A stretch of 56,366 bases of DNA from an uncultured Methanosarcinales archaeon (GCA_964589765.1 CAZPUM010000004.1:1-56366), one strand, 5' to 3'. Positions 35,374 through 44,344 are shown, counted from the first letter of the stretch. Notes: a model not told the origin generated them from the sequence alone. Numbers and translations: made by a program.

Positions 35374-36704
35374 TTAGCTATCACCGCCCTCAATTTTCCA
35401 TCATAGTTTACGTATACATATTGATGCAAATATGTTTGTTTAAGTTCATTCACATTATCGTAATAACTAACATCGCACACTATCCCGTAATTATTGCCCC
35501 GTTCAAAATAAGATGAATTTGAATACCATTGAACACCTAACCAATCCCTTCCAGCATCAATAAAAGTACCTTGATTACACCCGGACCAACCTGCAGCAAC
35601 AGCATACAACCTTCCATAAATTGCTGAATTATAAGTATAACTTTTTACTATTTGATCTTCATCTGTCCAATAACAATACACTAACTCATTAGAAGTATTT
35701 AAACCAAAAGCTCCTGCAGCAGGACTGTCTACAGATATATTGTACCAGTATCCTTGATTTACATAAGGATTACCAAAAGTCTCAGCCATACCTCCTGATA
35801 ACAAACCACAATCTTCACTCAAGTACTCAGAATAAGTCATTTTACCCATGAAAGCAACATACTTCACCAATCTATTTGACGTATCTCCTTTAAACCCTGT
35901 TCCGCCAACAAACGTACTAGTAGATGTGGCCCAAACATCCCAAGGAGCTTTATTCAAAGTACTTGAAGGATAATTTAAATCATTACCTACTAAAACAGCA
36001 GACGTATTGAAATATGCATTCAAATCAGTACTTGCCACTCCAAACGCTCCTGAAGCAAATAAATTAACTGACAAATTAGGAACTCCTCCTGATACATAAT
36101 AACACGAAGATATCAACTCATCTTCAACTGGTTTATAATTATCACCATGCTCCACAATAATAGGATAAATTTTACAATTTGCAGACTGTATATCTGCAAA
36201 ATCAACATCAAACCTCCATGCATTAATATTCCAATCATTCAATTTTGTCTCATCATTGCCTTCCTCTTCAAAAATCACTTCAGTACCCGAAACGTGGAAA
36301 GATTTAGCCGCAGTCAGAGTTCTTGGATTATTAACGCAAGTAGAAGCATACTCATAAACTCCCGCCACTGCCGGAATAGTGAACTCACCGTACTGAGTAC
36401 CTAATGAAGTATTCGCAGTCATATTGTCCTGCAAAAACACCGTTTTATTAGGATAAAGAACCGTATAATTACAAACATAATTGTTTGTAACAGGTTCATT
36501 CTGATAGTTTAGAATCAAAACTGCAACTTGACCTTCTTGATCAGGAGTATATTCCGTTCCAGACACAAACTGCATTCTATCTCCTTCATTTCTATCGGTC
36601 GAAGTCCATTGTTGATATATTCCAAAAACACTCCCTATGACTACTATTCCAATCACTATCAAAATGATATATGCTGATCTATCGTCTTCTGCAGTCGTAG
36701 TCAA
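35370..36704 (-). CDS. signal-anchored glycoprotein with shared beta-sandwich module
   Basis: 'YTVLYPNKT...GVYEYASTC' is similar to 14439..15737. Confidence 0.8.
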   Translation of the reverse strand: MTTTAEDDRSAYIILIVIGIVVIGSVFGIYQQWTSTDRNEGDRMQFVSGTEYTPDQEGQVAVLILNYQNEPVTNNYVCNYTVLYPNKTVFLQDNMTANTSLGTQYGEFTIPAVAGVYEYASTCVNNPRTLTAAKSFHVSGTEVIFEEEGNDETKLNDWNINAWRFDVDFADIQSANCKIYPIIVEHGDNYKPVEDELISSCYYVSGGVPNLSVNLFASGAFGVASTDLNAYFNTSAVLVGNDLNYPSSTLNKAPWDVWATSTSTFVGGTGFKGDTSNRLVKYVAFMGKMTYSEYLSEDCGLLSGGMAETFGNPYVNQGYWYNISVDSPAAGAFGLNTSNELVYCYWTDEDQIVKSYTYNSAIYGRLYAVAAGWSGCNQGTFIDAGRDWLGVQWYSNSSYFERGNNYGIVCDVSYYDNVNELKQTYLHQYVYVNYDGKLRAVIAK

Positions 36705-38050
36705 GTTATCGACCTCATAACAACACCATCCAAAACATCAATCTGCACAGTGTCGTAAGTCTCTTTACTGATGTTACCCCCATAACAATAGCCGTCTACT
36801 GTGTAGGGCCCTTTAACATAAGGCCAAGTCACCTCATAATTGTAAATACCGTTCTCCAAATGCGTCATCTGCTGATTATCTATCCACTTAGTCATGTTAG
36901 GGTAATAAATTGTGGCATTACAAGTACTGTTGGTTGTTACGATTTCTCCTGCATAGGTAAGTTTGCCTACCATGTCACTAGTTTCTCCAGTATATCGCAT
37001 ACCTGTACCTAATTGGAGATTAGCCACCACTGAGTCTTCTATCCTCCCCAAAAATCCTAATATCTGCAGTATGTATTGGTAAAAATCAAGTATGTTTTGC
37101 AAAATAGAGCGCTGATTATTTATATAAACGTACTGGCTAAAACCACCCATTTTCAATTCTCCCAAGTAACCGGTACAATTCACAATATAATTATGACCTT
37201 CTTCTACACCATTTACTGAAGTATTTGCATCCCAAATTACTTTAAAATAAGAAGTAGATCCTCCATCCACAACATCATACTGAACATTTATATCAGAATT
37301 ATTCAAAAGAACATAAATAGGAGGACTATCGTTAATATCAACAATCTGACTTATAATACAAGAACCATTTGTTATAACTGCCAACTCTGCAGATGAGAAA
37401 ACCGTCCAAAGATTTTCAACACGAGTGTTAGCCTCAGTCTCTGAGACTCCTTGAGCAACAATACTAAAATCAGCAGGACTCAACGGGCGTTTAAGATAGA
37501 CTTCCGCATATCTCGCACTAGAGTCAGTAACATAAACTCTTAATATAACTCTGTTTGTTCTGGCTAAAGACCTTCTTACTATGTCATCTATATCTACTTC
37601 ATCCCAAACAGTGGCAGCAGAATGAATAGAGGTCACACAACTACTTTGATTCAAAGCAGTGTCATTCAAGTAACCGCAAATAACAGATTCGTGCGCAGTT
37701 ACAGGCCTAGAATGACCTATTCTAACATAATAAGTCCCGTCAAAAACACCTGTGACATCAAAAACTATCCTGGCATAAGCAGACTGAGTATTAGATGCAT
37801 TTCTAATTTTTACTGCAGAAGAAGTTGAACCGTCACCAACAACGGTATAAATATCATCTACACTAGAATACTGAGTATCAAGACAAGCAGTATCCAATCT
37901 CTGACAAGATGCATTGGTAGCACCATAAAACCTCTGCGCTTCAGAAGGCGCTGAATAAATATCTGCAATAATTGCCGCTGCAAAAACTCTTTGGATTGTA
38001 ACAAACAAAAAGAATGCTGCAAGTCCTAAAAATAGCAGCTTGTTTCTCAC
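36701..38050 (-). CDS. secreted glycoprotein, shared module at the C-terminus
   Basis: Signal peptide. 'ATIYYPNMT...GIYNYEVTWP...GPYTVDGYC'. Confidence 0.8.
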   Translation of the reverse strand: MRNKLLFLGLAAFFLFVTIQRVFAAAIIADIYSAPSEAQRFYGATNASCQRLDTACLDTQYSSVDDIYTVVGDGSTSSAVKIRNASNTQSAYARIVFDVTGVFDGTYYVRIGHSRPVTAHESVICGYLNDTALNQSSCVTSIHSAATVWDEVDIDDIVRRSLARTNRVILRVYVTDSSARYAEVYLKRPLSPADFSIVAQGVSETEANTRVENLWTVFSSAELAVITNGSCIISQIVDINDSPPIYVLLNNSDINVQYDVVDGGSTSYFKVIWDANTSVNGVEEGHNYIVNCTGYLGELKMGGFSQYVYINNQRSILQNILDFYQYILQILGFLGRIEDSVVANLQLGTGMRYTGETSDMVGKLTYAGEIVTTNSTCNATIYYPNMTKWIDNQQMTHLENGIYNYEVTWPYVKGPYTVDGYCYGGNISKETYDTVQIDVLDGVVMRSIT

Positions 38051-38051
38051 T

Positions 38052-39053
38052 TTAACCCCCTCCTATTTTTCTAGTTACTCTATAAAATAGAACAACCAAC
38101 CACAACACCACTACCCCCACTATTACATAAAACACAATTAAAAAATTATTCTCACCATCATTGTCAGTGTTAAACCAAATACTCCAAGCAGTAAACTGCC
38201 TACCAAGCGGGGTTATGACTGGTCTAAAAGTTTCTTCATAAATCAATTGGGTAGTATTGCTTTGACAAGATGCAACATACTGATACTCAGCATATCCTGC
38301 CAAAAGATCGTTCCTATAGTAAACATTTGCAACACCATTTTGTGTTCTAAAATAACCTAAAGATTCTGGCTGATTGGTATCAACATCTCCAAACAACCTA
38401 CCTTTAGGTTCTCTCTCAGGATTAGTCTGGATTAAAGCAAGTTCACCATCTCTATCTTCAGCAAAAACCATTATGACACAAGAAAATTCTTGACTTCTGT
38501 AGCCTACACCTAGATCGATTGTTTGATAGATTTTACCTTGCAGTTCAGGCGCCTCATCACTATATAGATTGAAATCTTGCCTACCTGACAAACTATAATT
38601 TGAAAAACCCGATACATTGAAAACCAAAACTCCATTGACATAAGTTTGAACTGTACAATCAGAACCACAATCCAAACCATCTTTCAAAATATCTGGTTCA
38701 TAAATGTATGGAAGTTCATTCATCCTTATGGTTGCCGGAACATCTAAATCCGGACGTAAAGTGCTATCCACATAAACCCACTCATCAGTTATGATTACTT
38801 CATCTTCTTGCACAGGACCTAATGTCAAAATAATCGGTTCATCATAATCTATTTCATTATTTGAATCACAAGAGTTTTTCAAAGTAAATGTAGTTCTATT
38901 CTCGGCCACAAACCCAAAATTAATTTGAACAGGATTACCTGTCAAACTAACACTGTTTGAATAACAATCTGCATCCAAACCACTAAAATCACTAGCTAAA
39001 GCAAATTGAAACGATAGAATTAAAATTATGAATAACGGAACTAAACGGTTCAT
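38052..39053 (-). CDS. type-I membrane glycoprotein
   Basis: Signal peptide plus C-terminal TM 'VIVGVVVLWLVVLFY'. Confidence 0.8.
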   Translation of the reverse strand: MNRLVPLFIILILSFQFALASDFSGLDADCYSNSVSLTGNPVQINFGFVAENRTTFTLKNSCDSNNEIDYDEPIILTLGPVQEDEVIITDEWVYVDSTLRPDLDVPATIRMNELPYIYEPDILKDGLDCGSDCTVQTYVNGVLVFNVSGFSNYSLSGRQDFNLYSDEAPELQGKIYQTIDLGVGYRSQEFSCVIMVFAEDRDGELALIQTNPEREPKGRLFGDVDTNQPESLGYFRTQNGVANVYYRNDLLAGYAEYQYVASCQSNTTQLIYEETFRPVITPLGRQFTAWSIWFNTDNDGENNFLIVFYVIVGVVVLWLVVLFYRVTRKIGGG

Positions 39054-39853
39054 TCCTCACCTCTCATCGACGCTATAGTCACTCCATGTAGCGTCAAACT
39101 CAGCAGAGCTACACTCATTGCCAGTATTAATAACTTCTCTGCATTTAAATCCATCGATTCTCCCCCGATTCCAAACCCTCCTGGAAGACTGCCAGAAACC
39201 GTTGTTTCAGTTAAAGAACTCCCTTGAGCACTAATATCTTGAAAAGAAACGTCCGAATCTCTGTCAGAACTTGATGTACTTTTAGGTTTCGTAGTTGTAG
39301 ACTCAGGTTCCTCATCAACAGGAAAATATCCTGCTCCTCCTCCTGATCTACCTGCTGAAGAACTTGAAGAACTTGAAGAACTCGGACTAGAACTAGATGG
39401 AACATTTATGTCCACCCCATCTCCAGAATCAACCGTATCATTATTGGTTTCATTTGCTTGAGATCCTTCTCCGTCAACTTCAATAATGAAAGTCCTGCTA
39501 ACTACTTGCTCAAACATAACGTCTTCAGAACCCCTATCAATAAAACCATATTCAACGACATAATCTCCTGGTTGATTACCTTCAATAAAAATTTCTATCT
39601 CTTCTATCTCGTAAACACCTAAATTAAAAGTTTCTTTATAAGTATCTCTGTTATTAAACTCGATTCCTATTTTATCCGCCTTTATGAAAAACTCAACTTC
39701 CCGTGCTAAAGAATCTCCCCTTAACCTAAAGTCAACACTAAAATCATCACCCTCATCAATTCTATATTCTGAATCTAAATCAGGTGAAGCAATACTTACT
39801 GCATAAACAGAAGGCACAAAAAACAGGAGTAAAAATAGCACCGCTAACCTCAT
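39050..39853 (-). CDS. type-I membrane protein with poly-Ser linker
   Basis: Signal peptide, 'SSSSPSSSSSSSSS', C-terminal TM. Confidence 0.8.
   Translation of the reverse strand: MRLAVLFLLLFFVPSVYAVSIASPDLDSEYRIDEGDDFSVDFRLRGDSLAREVEFFIKADKIGIEFNNRDTYKETFNLGVYEIEEIEIFIEGNQPGDYVVEYGFIDRGSEDVMFEQVVSRTFIIEVDGEGSQANETNNDTVDSGDGVDINVPSSSSPSSSSSSSSSAGRSGGGAGYFPVDEEPESTTTKPKSTSSSDRDSDVSFQDISAQGSSLTETTVSGSLPGGFGIGGESMDLNAEKLLILAMSVALLSLTLHGVTIASMRGEE
39357..39383. repeat. (GAAGAACTT)3 in-frame repeat encoding poly-Ser
   Basis: Read directly from the sequence. Confidence 0.85.
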
Positions 39854-39868
39854 AACAGAACCTAGATT

Positions 39869-39882
39869 AAGTTATATTTAAA
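39869..39882 (-). promoter_or_regulatory. class-1 promoter motif
   Basis: Plus AAGTTATATTTAAA. TATA lies 21-29 nt upstream of ATG 39853. Confidence 0.55.
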
Positions 39883-39883
39883 C

Positions 39884-41461
39884 TTACCGTCTTGATACCC
39901 AAGTCAAATTTATACCATCATCTTCATAAACTGTTGTAACATTTTTAAAATCCCAATCTTCAAGCTTTCTATAAGAACCATCTTCAGCCACTATGACTAT
40001 TCCCGCAGCTTTATAATAGTAAAAACCGGAAACATTTGGTAAAGTCAAATTCCAATATATCTGATCAGAGTTTAAAGCATCAAATCCTGCAGTTGCAGCC
40101 TGTCTAGGACTTATTTTGGTACTTACAATATGTTTCTTTTTTGTACAACCCACTTCATAATCATCAATTATAGATGGCAATGCACTGAAAGGAGACTCAT
40201 GAAGAACATACTTATCAACACAAGGAGTTGCTTGCATAACCCTATCTAACTCGTGGTGACTCGTGATCATATAAAGATAAGACAAGAACAAAAATATGGC
40301 TATGCAGAGAATAAACACCATGTTTCTCCAAACAACTTTCTTCAAAGAGGTAAACAACTCTACCATCACTACAATGAAAGCAAACCACATCACCACTAAG
40401 AAGAATCTATGGTGGTAAAGATGTGCAAAACCATCTCCCCCGAGCAAAGGTGCCAGTAAAAGCCCTACCATCGGAAGGACTAATGCTACAAGAGCACTAA
40501 CTCTGAAAACATACCTATTATCAATTCTTTTTTCTTTAAGCAATCGATAAGCAAACCAGAGGATTAAAACTACAAACAAAAACATAGACAAAGTAACTAT
40601 GTCGTGGTAAAACATTGGAGCATCTGTCGTTCCCACTTGTTCTAAATGGAACCAACCGTATATCATTGATGAAGGCCAAGATTGCAAAGAAGGAGGTTGG
40701 AACCACATACCATCTCCACGTGCTTTTTGCTCAAGAGCAAGACCTAAAGCATTACTCGTCCCTGCACCTAAAAAAACTAGCAAAACCAGTGCAACAACTA
40801 AAGCACTTTTCCAACCTGAACGTATTTGCGTTCTGAACAACACATACATGCAAATGAAACACGCACCTATGAACCCTGAATAATAGTGAACATTTGGCAA
40901 AATCAATATCGCAAACAAAACAACAAAAAGTAACAAAGGACCTTTTGGACTCAACCAGTATATCTCATCTACAACTATTAACATCCAATCATAAGCATTT
41001 ATTCCCAGAGCAACCAAGAACAACATCAACGCATAAGACCTTGCTTCAGTTCCATAATGAAGATATGTACTAGCAATCGATAACAGCAACAAAGTCATTC
41101 CAGCAGGTTTCTCCTCATAATGCCTATAAAGCCAAAGACCTGCAAGAAGAACAAATCCTGCCATCAGAACAAGAGAGAAAATTCTGAGCCACTGTGTGAA
41201 ATCTACGCCTGGATTTAACTTGTGCCAAACAGCTAAATACCAGTAGTATGTAGGAGGATGAACGTCCATCTCACTCCAATCAATATGTTCTCCAGCGTCC
41301 AATTTAAGAACCATTGCTGCACTAAAACTCTCATCGAACCATTGCTACCAGTACTCTCGGTCTACAACAAAGATGTTAAACAAACCAAAGAGTACAAACA
41401 GCAAAACGCAAGCTGCCAAAATATAACGCTTCGCATGATCACCTCCTGGCTCTTTACTCAT
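39884..41461 (-). CDS. GT-C fold (PMT_2/ArnT-like) polytopic glycosyltransferase with in-frame TAG at 41345-41347
   Basis: ORF track gives 39884..41314. The same frame upstream encodes 'MSKEPGGDHAKRYILAACVLLFVLFGLFNIFVVDREYW*QWFDESFSAA', i.e. TM1 plus a DE motif. 'HPPTYYW' follows. A promoter lies 19-31 nt upstream of ATG 41461. Confidence 0.6.
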
Positions 41462-41479
41462 ATCTAACAAGTTTGTAAC

Positions 41480-41492
41480 AAGTTGTATTTAA
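41480..41492 (-). promoter_or_regulatory. class-1 promoter motif
   Basis: Plus AAGTTGTATTTAA. It fits ATG 41461, not ATG 41314. Confidence 0.5.
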
Positions 41493-41500
41493 TTGTTACG

Positions 41501-41573
41501 CAAAAATAAATGGCAAGAACTCAGGTGACTCGGGCTGTGTGGTGAACCTACAAAGCAAAACAAGTTCTTGCCA
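41501..41573 (-). terminator. 11-bp-stem hairpin followed by a T-run
   Basis: TGGCAAGAACT (41511-41521) pairs with AGTTCTTGCCA (41563-41573). On the minus strand it is followed by TTTATTTTTG. Confidence 0.45.
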
Positions 41574-42027
41574 ATACAATCATCCTTAAGAAATACTTAA
41601 ATGTTTCTAATAACGATTTAAGATACTAAAAAACACCAAAAATATGGCAAGTGGAGGTGGTCTTAGAAATAGTAGATAAAGTACAAACGCCACCAGAACA
41701 GACTTAGTTTAGGCGTTTTAGGCTGACAAGCCAACTTCAATCGTCCCTGTGAAAGACGGTTCCTTAATTTTGGGCGGTGGTAATTACTCAGCAAGGCTGA
41801 GAGTCAGGTTCGTTGCCACCATGTAACCGACTGAACGTCGGATAAAAACTAAAGGTCGCACGACCTAAAAGTTGCTCCCGCCAGAGCAACTAACTCCTTT
41901 TTTATTTGGGCGGTGGTTTCGGCATCGCTGAGGTCAGGATGCCTTACTAACACTCTTCCTAATTTGGTGGTTGAGGTGGAACGGTTTCCTCACGCTCCCT
42001 AATCAAGAGCTTAAACCTTGCCTGGCC
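41574..42027 (-). ncRNA. candidate structured noncoding RNA (G+C-rich, hairpin-dense, no ORF)
   Basis: Own copy of the promoter motif at 42046-42067. Stems include GTTGCTC/GAGCAAC, CTCAGC/GCTGAG, GGCATC/GATGCC, CCGAC/GTCGG and AAACGCC/GGCGTTT. Minus-strand 'ACCACCGCCCAAA' occurs twice plus one variant. Confidence 0.45.
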
Positions 42028-42045
42028 ACAACATAAGATTCTATT

Positions 42046-42067
42046 GCCAGTATATAAACTTACCTAT
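42046..42067 (-). promoter_or_regulatory. class-2 promoter motif copy (plus gccagtatataaacttacctat)
   Basis: 21/22 identical to 43819-43840. Minus TATA is TTTATATA. Confidence 0.5.
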
Positions 42068-42071
42068 GTTT

Positions 42072-43823
42072 CTATAACGATTTAGGATACTCCACAGCAA
42101 AATTCATGAAATAATTCTTAGCATCCTCTGAAAAAGGATAGACATATTTGTGCTTACCCGGAACTAACTGTCTTTCACAATCAGAATAACCAACACCATC
42201 TTTCTCCATAGACTTTTTGAAAAATCTTCCTGAATATACTTTGCCCGTATTAGATATATATTGAGTGACAGGAACAGTTCTTCCCAGATAGAGAAAATTT
42301 GCAGCTTGGTATATAGTACCTGTATGATTTACATTACTATCTGCAAACGTCTTTATAAAATGCACATTAAGGGCAGAACCTTTAATTTTCTTAATAAACT
42401 TAGCCAAAACTTTAGAAGCCACAATAGAAGTTAAATCTTTCAATGCAAATCTGCGCAATTCTAATCCACTCAAACCTGCTTCATCCTTAGTGGAAGAAAC
42501 TCCTGCCAAACCTATCAACTCACCATTTTCCAAATATCCATAACAAGTACAAGAACCTGGAAGAGTTTTCAAATAATGATATTTTTCAAGAAATTCTACT
42601 GCAAGCGACCTACTAATAGTTTTCACCTCAACACCTGCAGATTTTCCCTTCTTTCTAGATAACCTAGGTTTTATATATTTTAAACAACTTAAATTACAGT
42701 AAATGGAGTTTCCATCAGTCGACTTGTAAAAATTCTTGGATTTTAGAAAATCCAAAACTTTTTTCTTCGACTTATCTGGCTTTATGGCAAAAGAACAATA
42801 CTTATCACTTAAACTACCATCACCGTCAAACAACCCACCTAAAAAATGAGGAGCATACTTATTCTCAAACACCCAAGAGAAACCAGCATCTATAAAATTA
42901 ATCCAATCTCCTTTGACTCTCACATTACCTGCATCTAAACCTTCTTTAGTAGCAAAACAAGGCAGCAAATCAACTGAGTATATGCCTATAACATAATAAT
43001 CTCCAAAATTCTTCTCACCTTTATGCTCCCAAGAACCCGTCCTAACATACTTTCTAGAAGTCAAACCAAATAATTTTTCAGCCACTTTTGCAAATTCATC
43101 TGCAAACTCCGCATCCTTTGGATGGACAGTCAAAGTCATTCCAGCAGAGTTAAAACATACATCCGAACACACAACTCCTAATAAATAAGCAAGATCCTCT
43201 GATTTAACTCTCCAATTTTCCTTTATGCAACGTCTTGCAGTTCCAAACAATTCCCTACGTTTAAGAGAAATAGAGACAGCACTTCTATCAGGAAGTTTCT
43301 TTAAAAGCTCCGATGTTTTTAGATTCTGATTAGATTTTAAGACATCAAGCTCTTTATCAGTCCATTTACTTATCTTAGAACACACAAGATTATGATTGAA
43401 TATAGCATGTTTTATTGCACGAGTGGTTCTTCCCAGAGATTCTTCCAATTCTTCGAAACTCTTTGAATGATAATTTTCCTGCAAATAGATAAGCTCTTCT
43501 TCAGTCCACCTATCTGATCTAGACAAACCTATAGAACGTGCCTTAGCACTTATGGCTGTCCAAGACCTATTAAACTGATTGACTAAATCTTTTATCTCAC
43601 CAGTTTCAAAAACTTCTTTCAGAAATTCTTCTTCTCCTAAAGTCCAGCCCTTATCTTTTCCTCTAGTAAGACCCAATCTGTTTGCTTTTGCACGAATAGC
43701 TCCTTTATCTCTTTGAAACAAAGCTTCCAGTTCTTTCCAAGATTTAACAACGTAATTTTTTTTTAAAAGTTCCAATTCAGCTTCTGACCAAGTAATTACC
43801 ACAATATGAGATTTAATCGCCAA
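42072..43823 (-). CDS. Myb/SANT-like x4 + double-LAGLIDADG + Mom-like (GNAT-fold) domain fusion protein, paralog 1
   Basis: Four W-x2-EE...R-x3-I repeats. 'LAYLLGVVCSDVCF' and 'FLGGLFDGDGSL'. 'YHYLKTLPG', 'ELRRF', 'HTGTIYQAANFLYLG', 'GKHKYVY'. The start is TTG 43823 or GTG 43802 (no ATG). TAG stop. Confidence 0.65.
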   Translation of the reverse strand: MAIKSHIVVITWSEAELELLKKNYVVKSWKELEALFQRDKGAIRAKANRLGLTRGKDKGWTLGEEEFLKEVFETGEIKDLVNQFNRSWTAISAKARSIGLSRSDRWTEEELIYLQENYHSKSFEELEESLGRTTRAIKHAIFNHNLVCSKISKWTDKELDVLKSNQNLKTSELLKKLPDRSAVSISLKRRELFGTARRCIKENWRVKSEDLAYLLGVVCSDVCFNSAGMTLTVHPKDAEFADEFAKVAEKLFGLTSRKYVRTGSWEHKGEKNFGDYYVIGIYSVDLLPCFATKEGLDAGNVRVKGDWINFIDAGFSWVFENKYAPHFLGGLFDGDGSLSDKYCSFAIKPDKSKKKVLDFLKSKNFYKSTDGNSIYCNLSCLKYIKPRLSRKKGKSAGVEVKTISRSLAVEFLEKYHYLKTLPGSCTCYGYLENGELIGLAGVSSTKDEAGLSGLELRRFALKDLTSIVASKVLAKFIKKIKGSALNVHFIKTFADSNVNHTGTIYQAANFLYLGRTVPVTQYISNTGKVYSGRFFKKSMEKDGVGYSDCERQLVPGKHKYVYPFSEDAKNYFMNFAVEYPKSL

Positions 43824-43840
43824 TATATAAACTTACCTAT
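43819..43840 (-). promoter_or_regulatory. class-2 promoter motif copy (plus gccaatatataaacttacctat)
   Basis: The TATA lies 22-29 nt upstream of GTG 43802. Confidence 0.5.
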
Positions 43841-43859
43841 CAACAACAATAAAACATAG

Positions 43860-43866
43860 AAAAAAA
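43860..43866 (-). terminator. T7 run after the coat-like gene pair
   Basis: Minus CCTTTTTTTCT, 35 nt after the stop at 43901. Archaeal terminators are T-runs. Confidence 0.4.
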
Positions 43867-43900
43867 GGAGTTCTTCGTCGTGAACATTGTACTACTGTTC

Positions 43901-44071
43901 TTATCTGAACAAAGCGCCAAGTTTGACAAAGATACCAATTATAAAGCCTAGAACTATAAGCAATACGATAAGGTCTAGCCATTCGACTACTGCAGCACCA
44001 GCAGTGCCCAAACCGTCTTCTACGATCAGTTGCAGGTCGTCCCTGTCATATCCGTTTCCAGTGTATGTCAT
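43901..44071 (-). CDS. 56-aa hydrophobic coat-like (candidate major structural) protein, copy 1
   Basis: Hand translation: MTYTGNGYDRDDLQLIVEDGLGTAGAAVVEWLDLIVLLIVLGFIIGIFVKLGALFR. GGAGGTGA SD. Below the ORF-track cutoff. Confidence 0.65.
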   Translation of the reverse strand: MTYTGNGYDRDDLQLIVEDGLGTAGAAVVEWLDLIVLLIVLGFIIGIFVKLGALFR

Positions 44072-44129
44072 GTTTTCACCTCCGTGAAATTTCTATCAGT
44101 GTAATTAAAACAAGGATTGTACTATTCAT

Positions 44130-44300
44130 TTATCTGAACAAGGCGCCAAGTTTGACAAAAATGCCCACGATAAACCCTAGCACTACTAGCAAGACAATTA
44201 GATCAAGCCACTCGACAATAGCAGCACCTGCAGTGCCCAGACCGTCTTCTACAATTAGTTGAAAATCATCTCTCGAGTAGTTGTTTCCGGTATAAGTCAT
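44130..44300 (-). CDS. 56-aa hydrophobic coat-like protein, copy 2
   Basis: Hand translation: MTYTGNNYSRDDFQLIVEDGLGTAGAAIVEWLDLIVLLVVLGFIVGIFVKLGALFR. GGAGGTGAAACT SD. Confidence 0.65.
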   Translation of the reverse strand: MTYTGNNYSRDDFQLIVEDGLGTAGAAIVEWLDLIVLLVVLGFIVGIFVKLGALFR

Positions 44301-44344
44301 TCAGTTTCACCTCCAAAGTTTATGATACTACTCTGATTCGGTGG

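Noticed and set aside
41345-41347. Genome-wide reassignment of TAG to a sense codon.
   Set aside because: TAG ends several well-delimited genes here (7563, 19422, 42072, 14088, 14191, 50064), each followed by coupled starts or intergenic signals. Only a local event (readthrough, mutation or error) is considered.
39884-41461. Calling the polytopic glycosyltransferase an AglB/STT3 oligosaccharyltransferase.
   Set aside because: No WWDYG-type motif and no large C-terminal soluble domain typical of AglB is visible. The N-terminal DE loop and 'HPP.YYW' fit PMT_2/ArnT-like GT-C enzymes better.
41768-41820. Possible tRNA: 'gggcggtgg...caggttcgttgccacca' has a GGTTCG-like string and ends in CCACCA.
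   Set aside because: It is only about 50 nt. No T-stem pairs around the TTCG. No D or anticodon arms can be drawn, and the acceptor strands do not pair as 7 bp. I treat it as part of the structured noncoding region.
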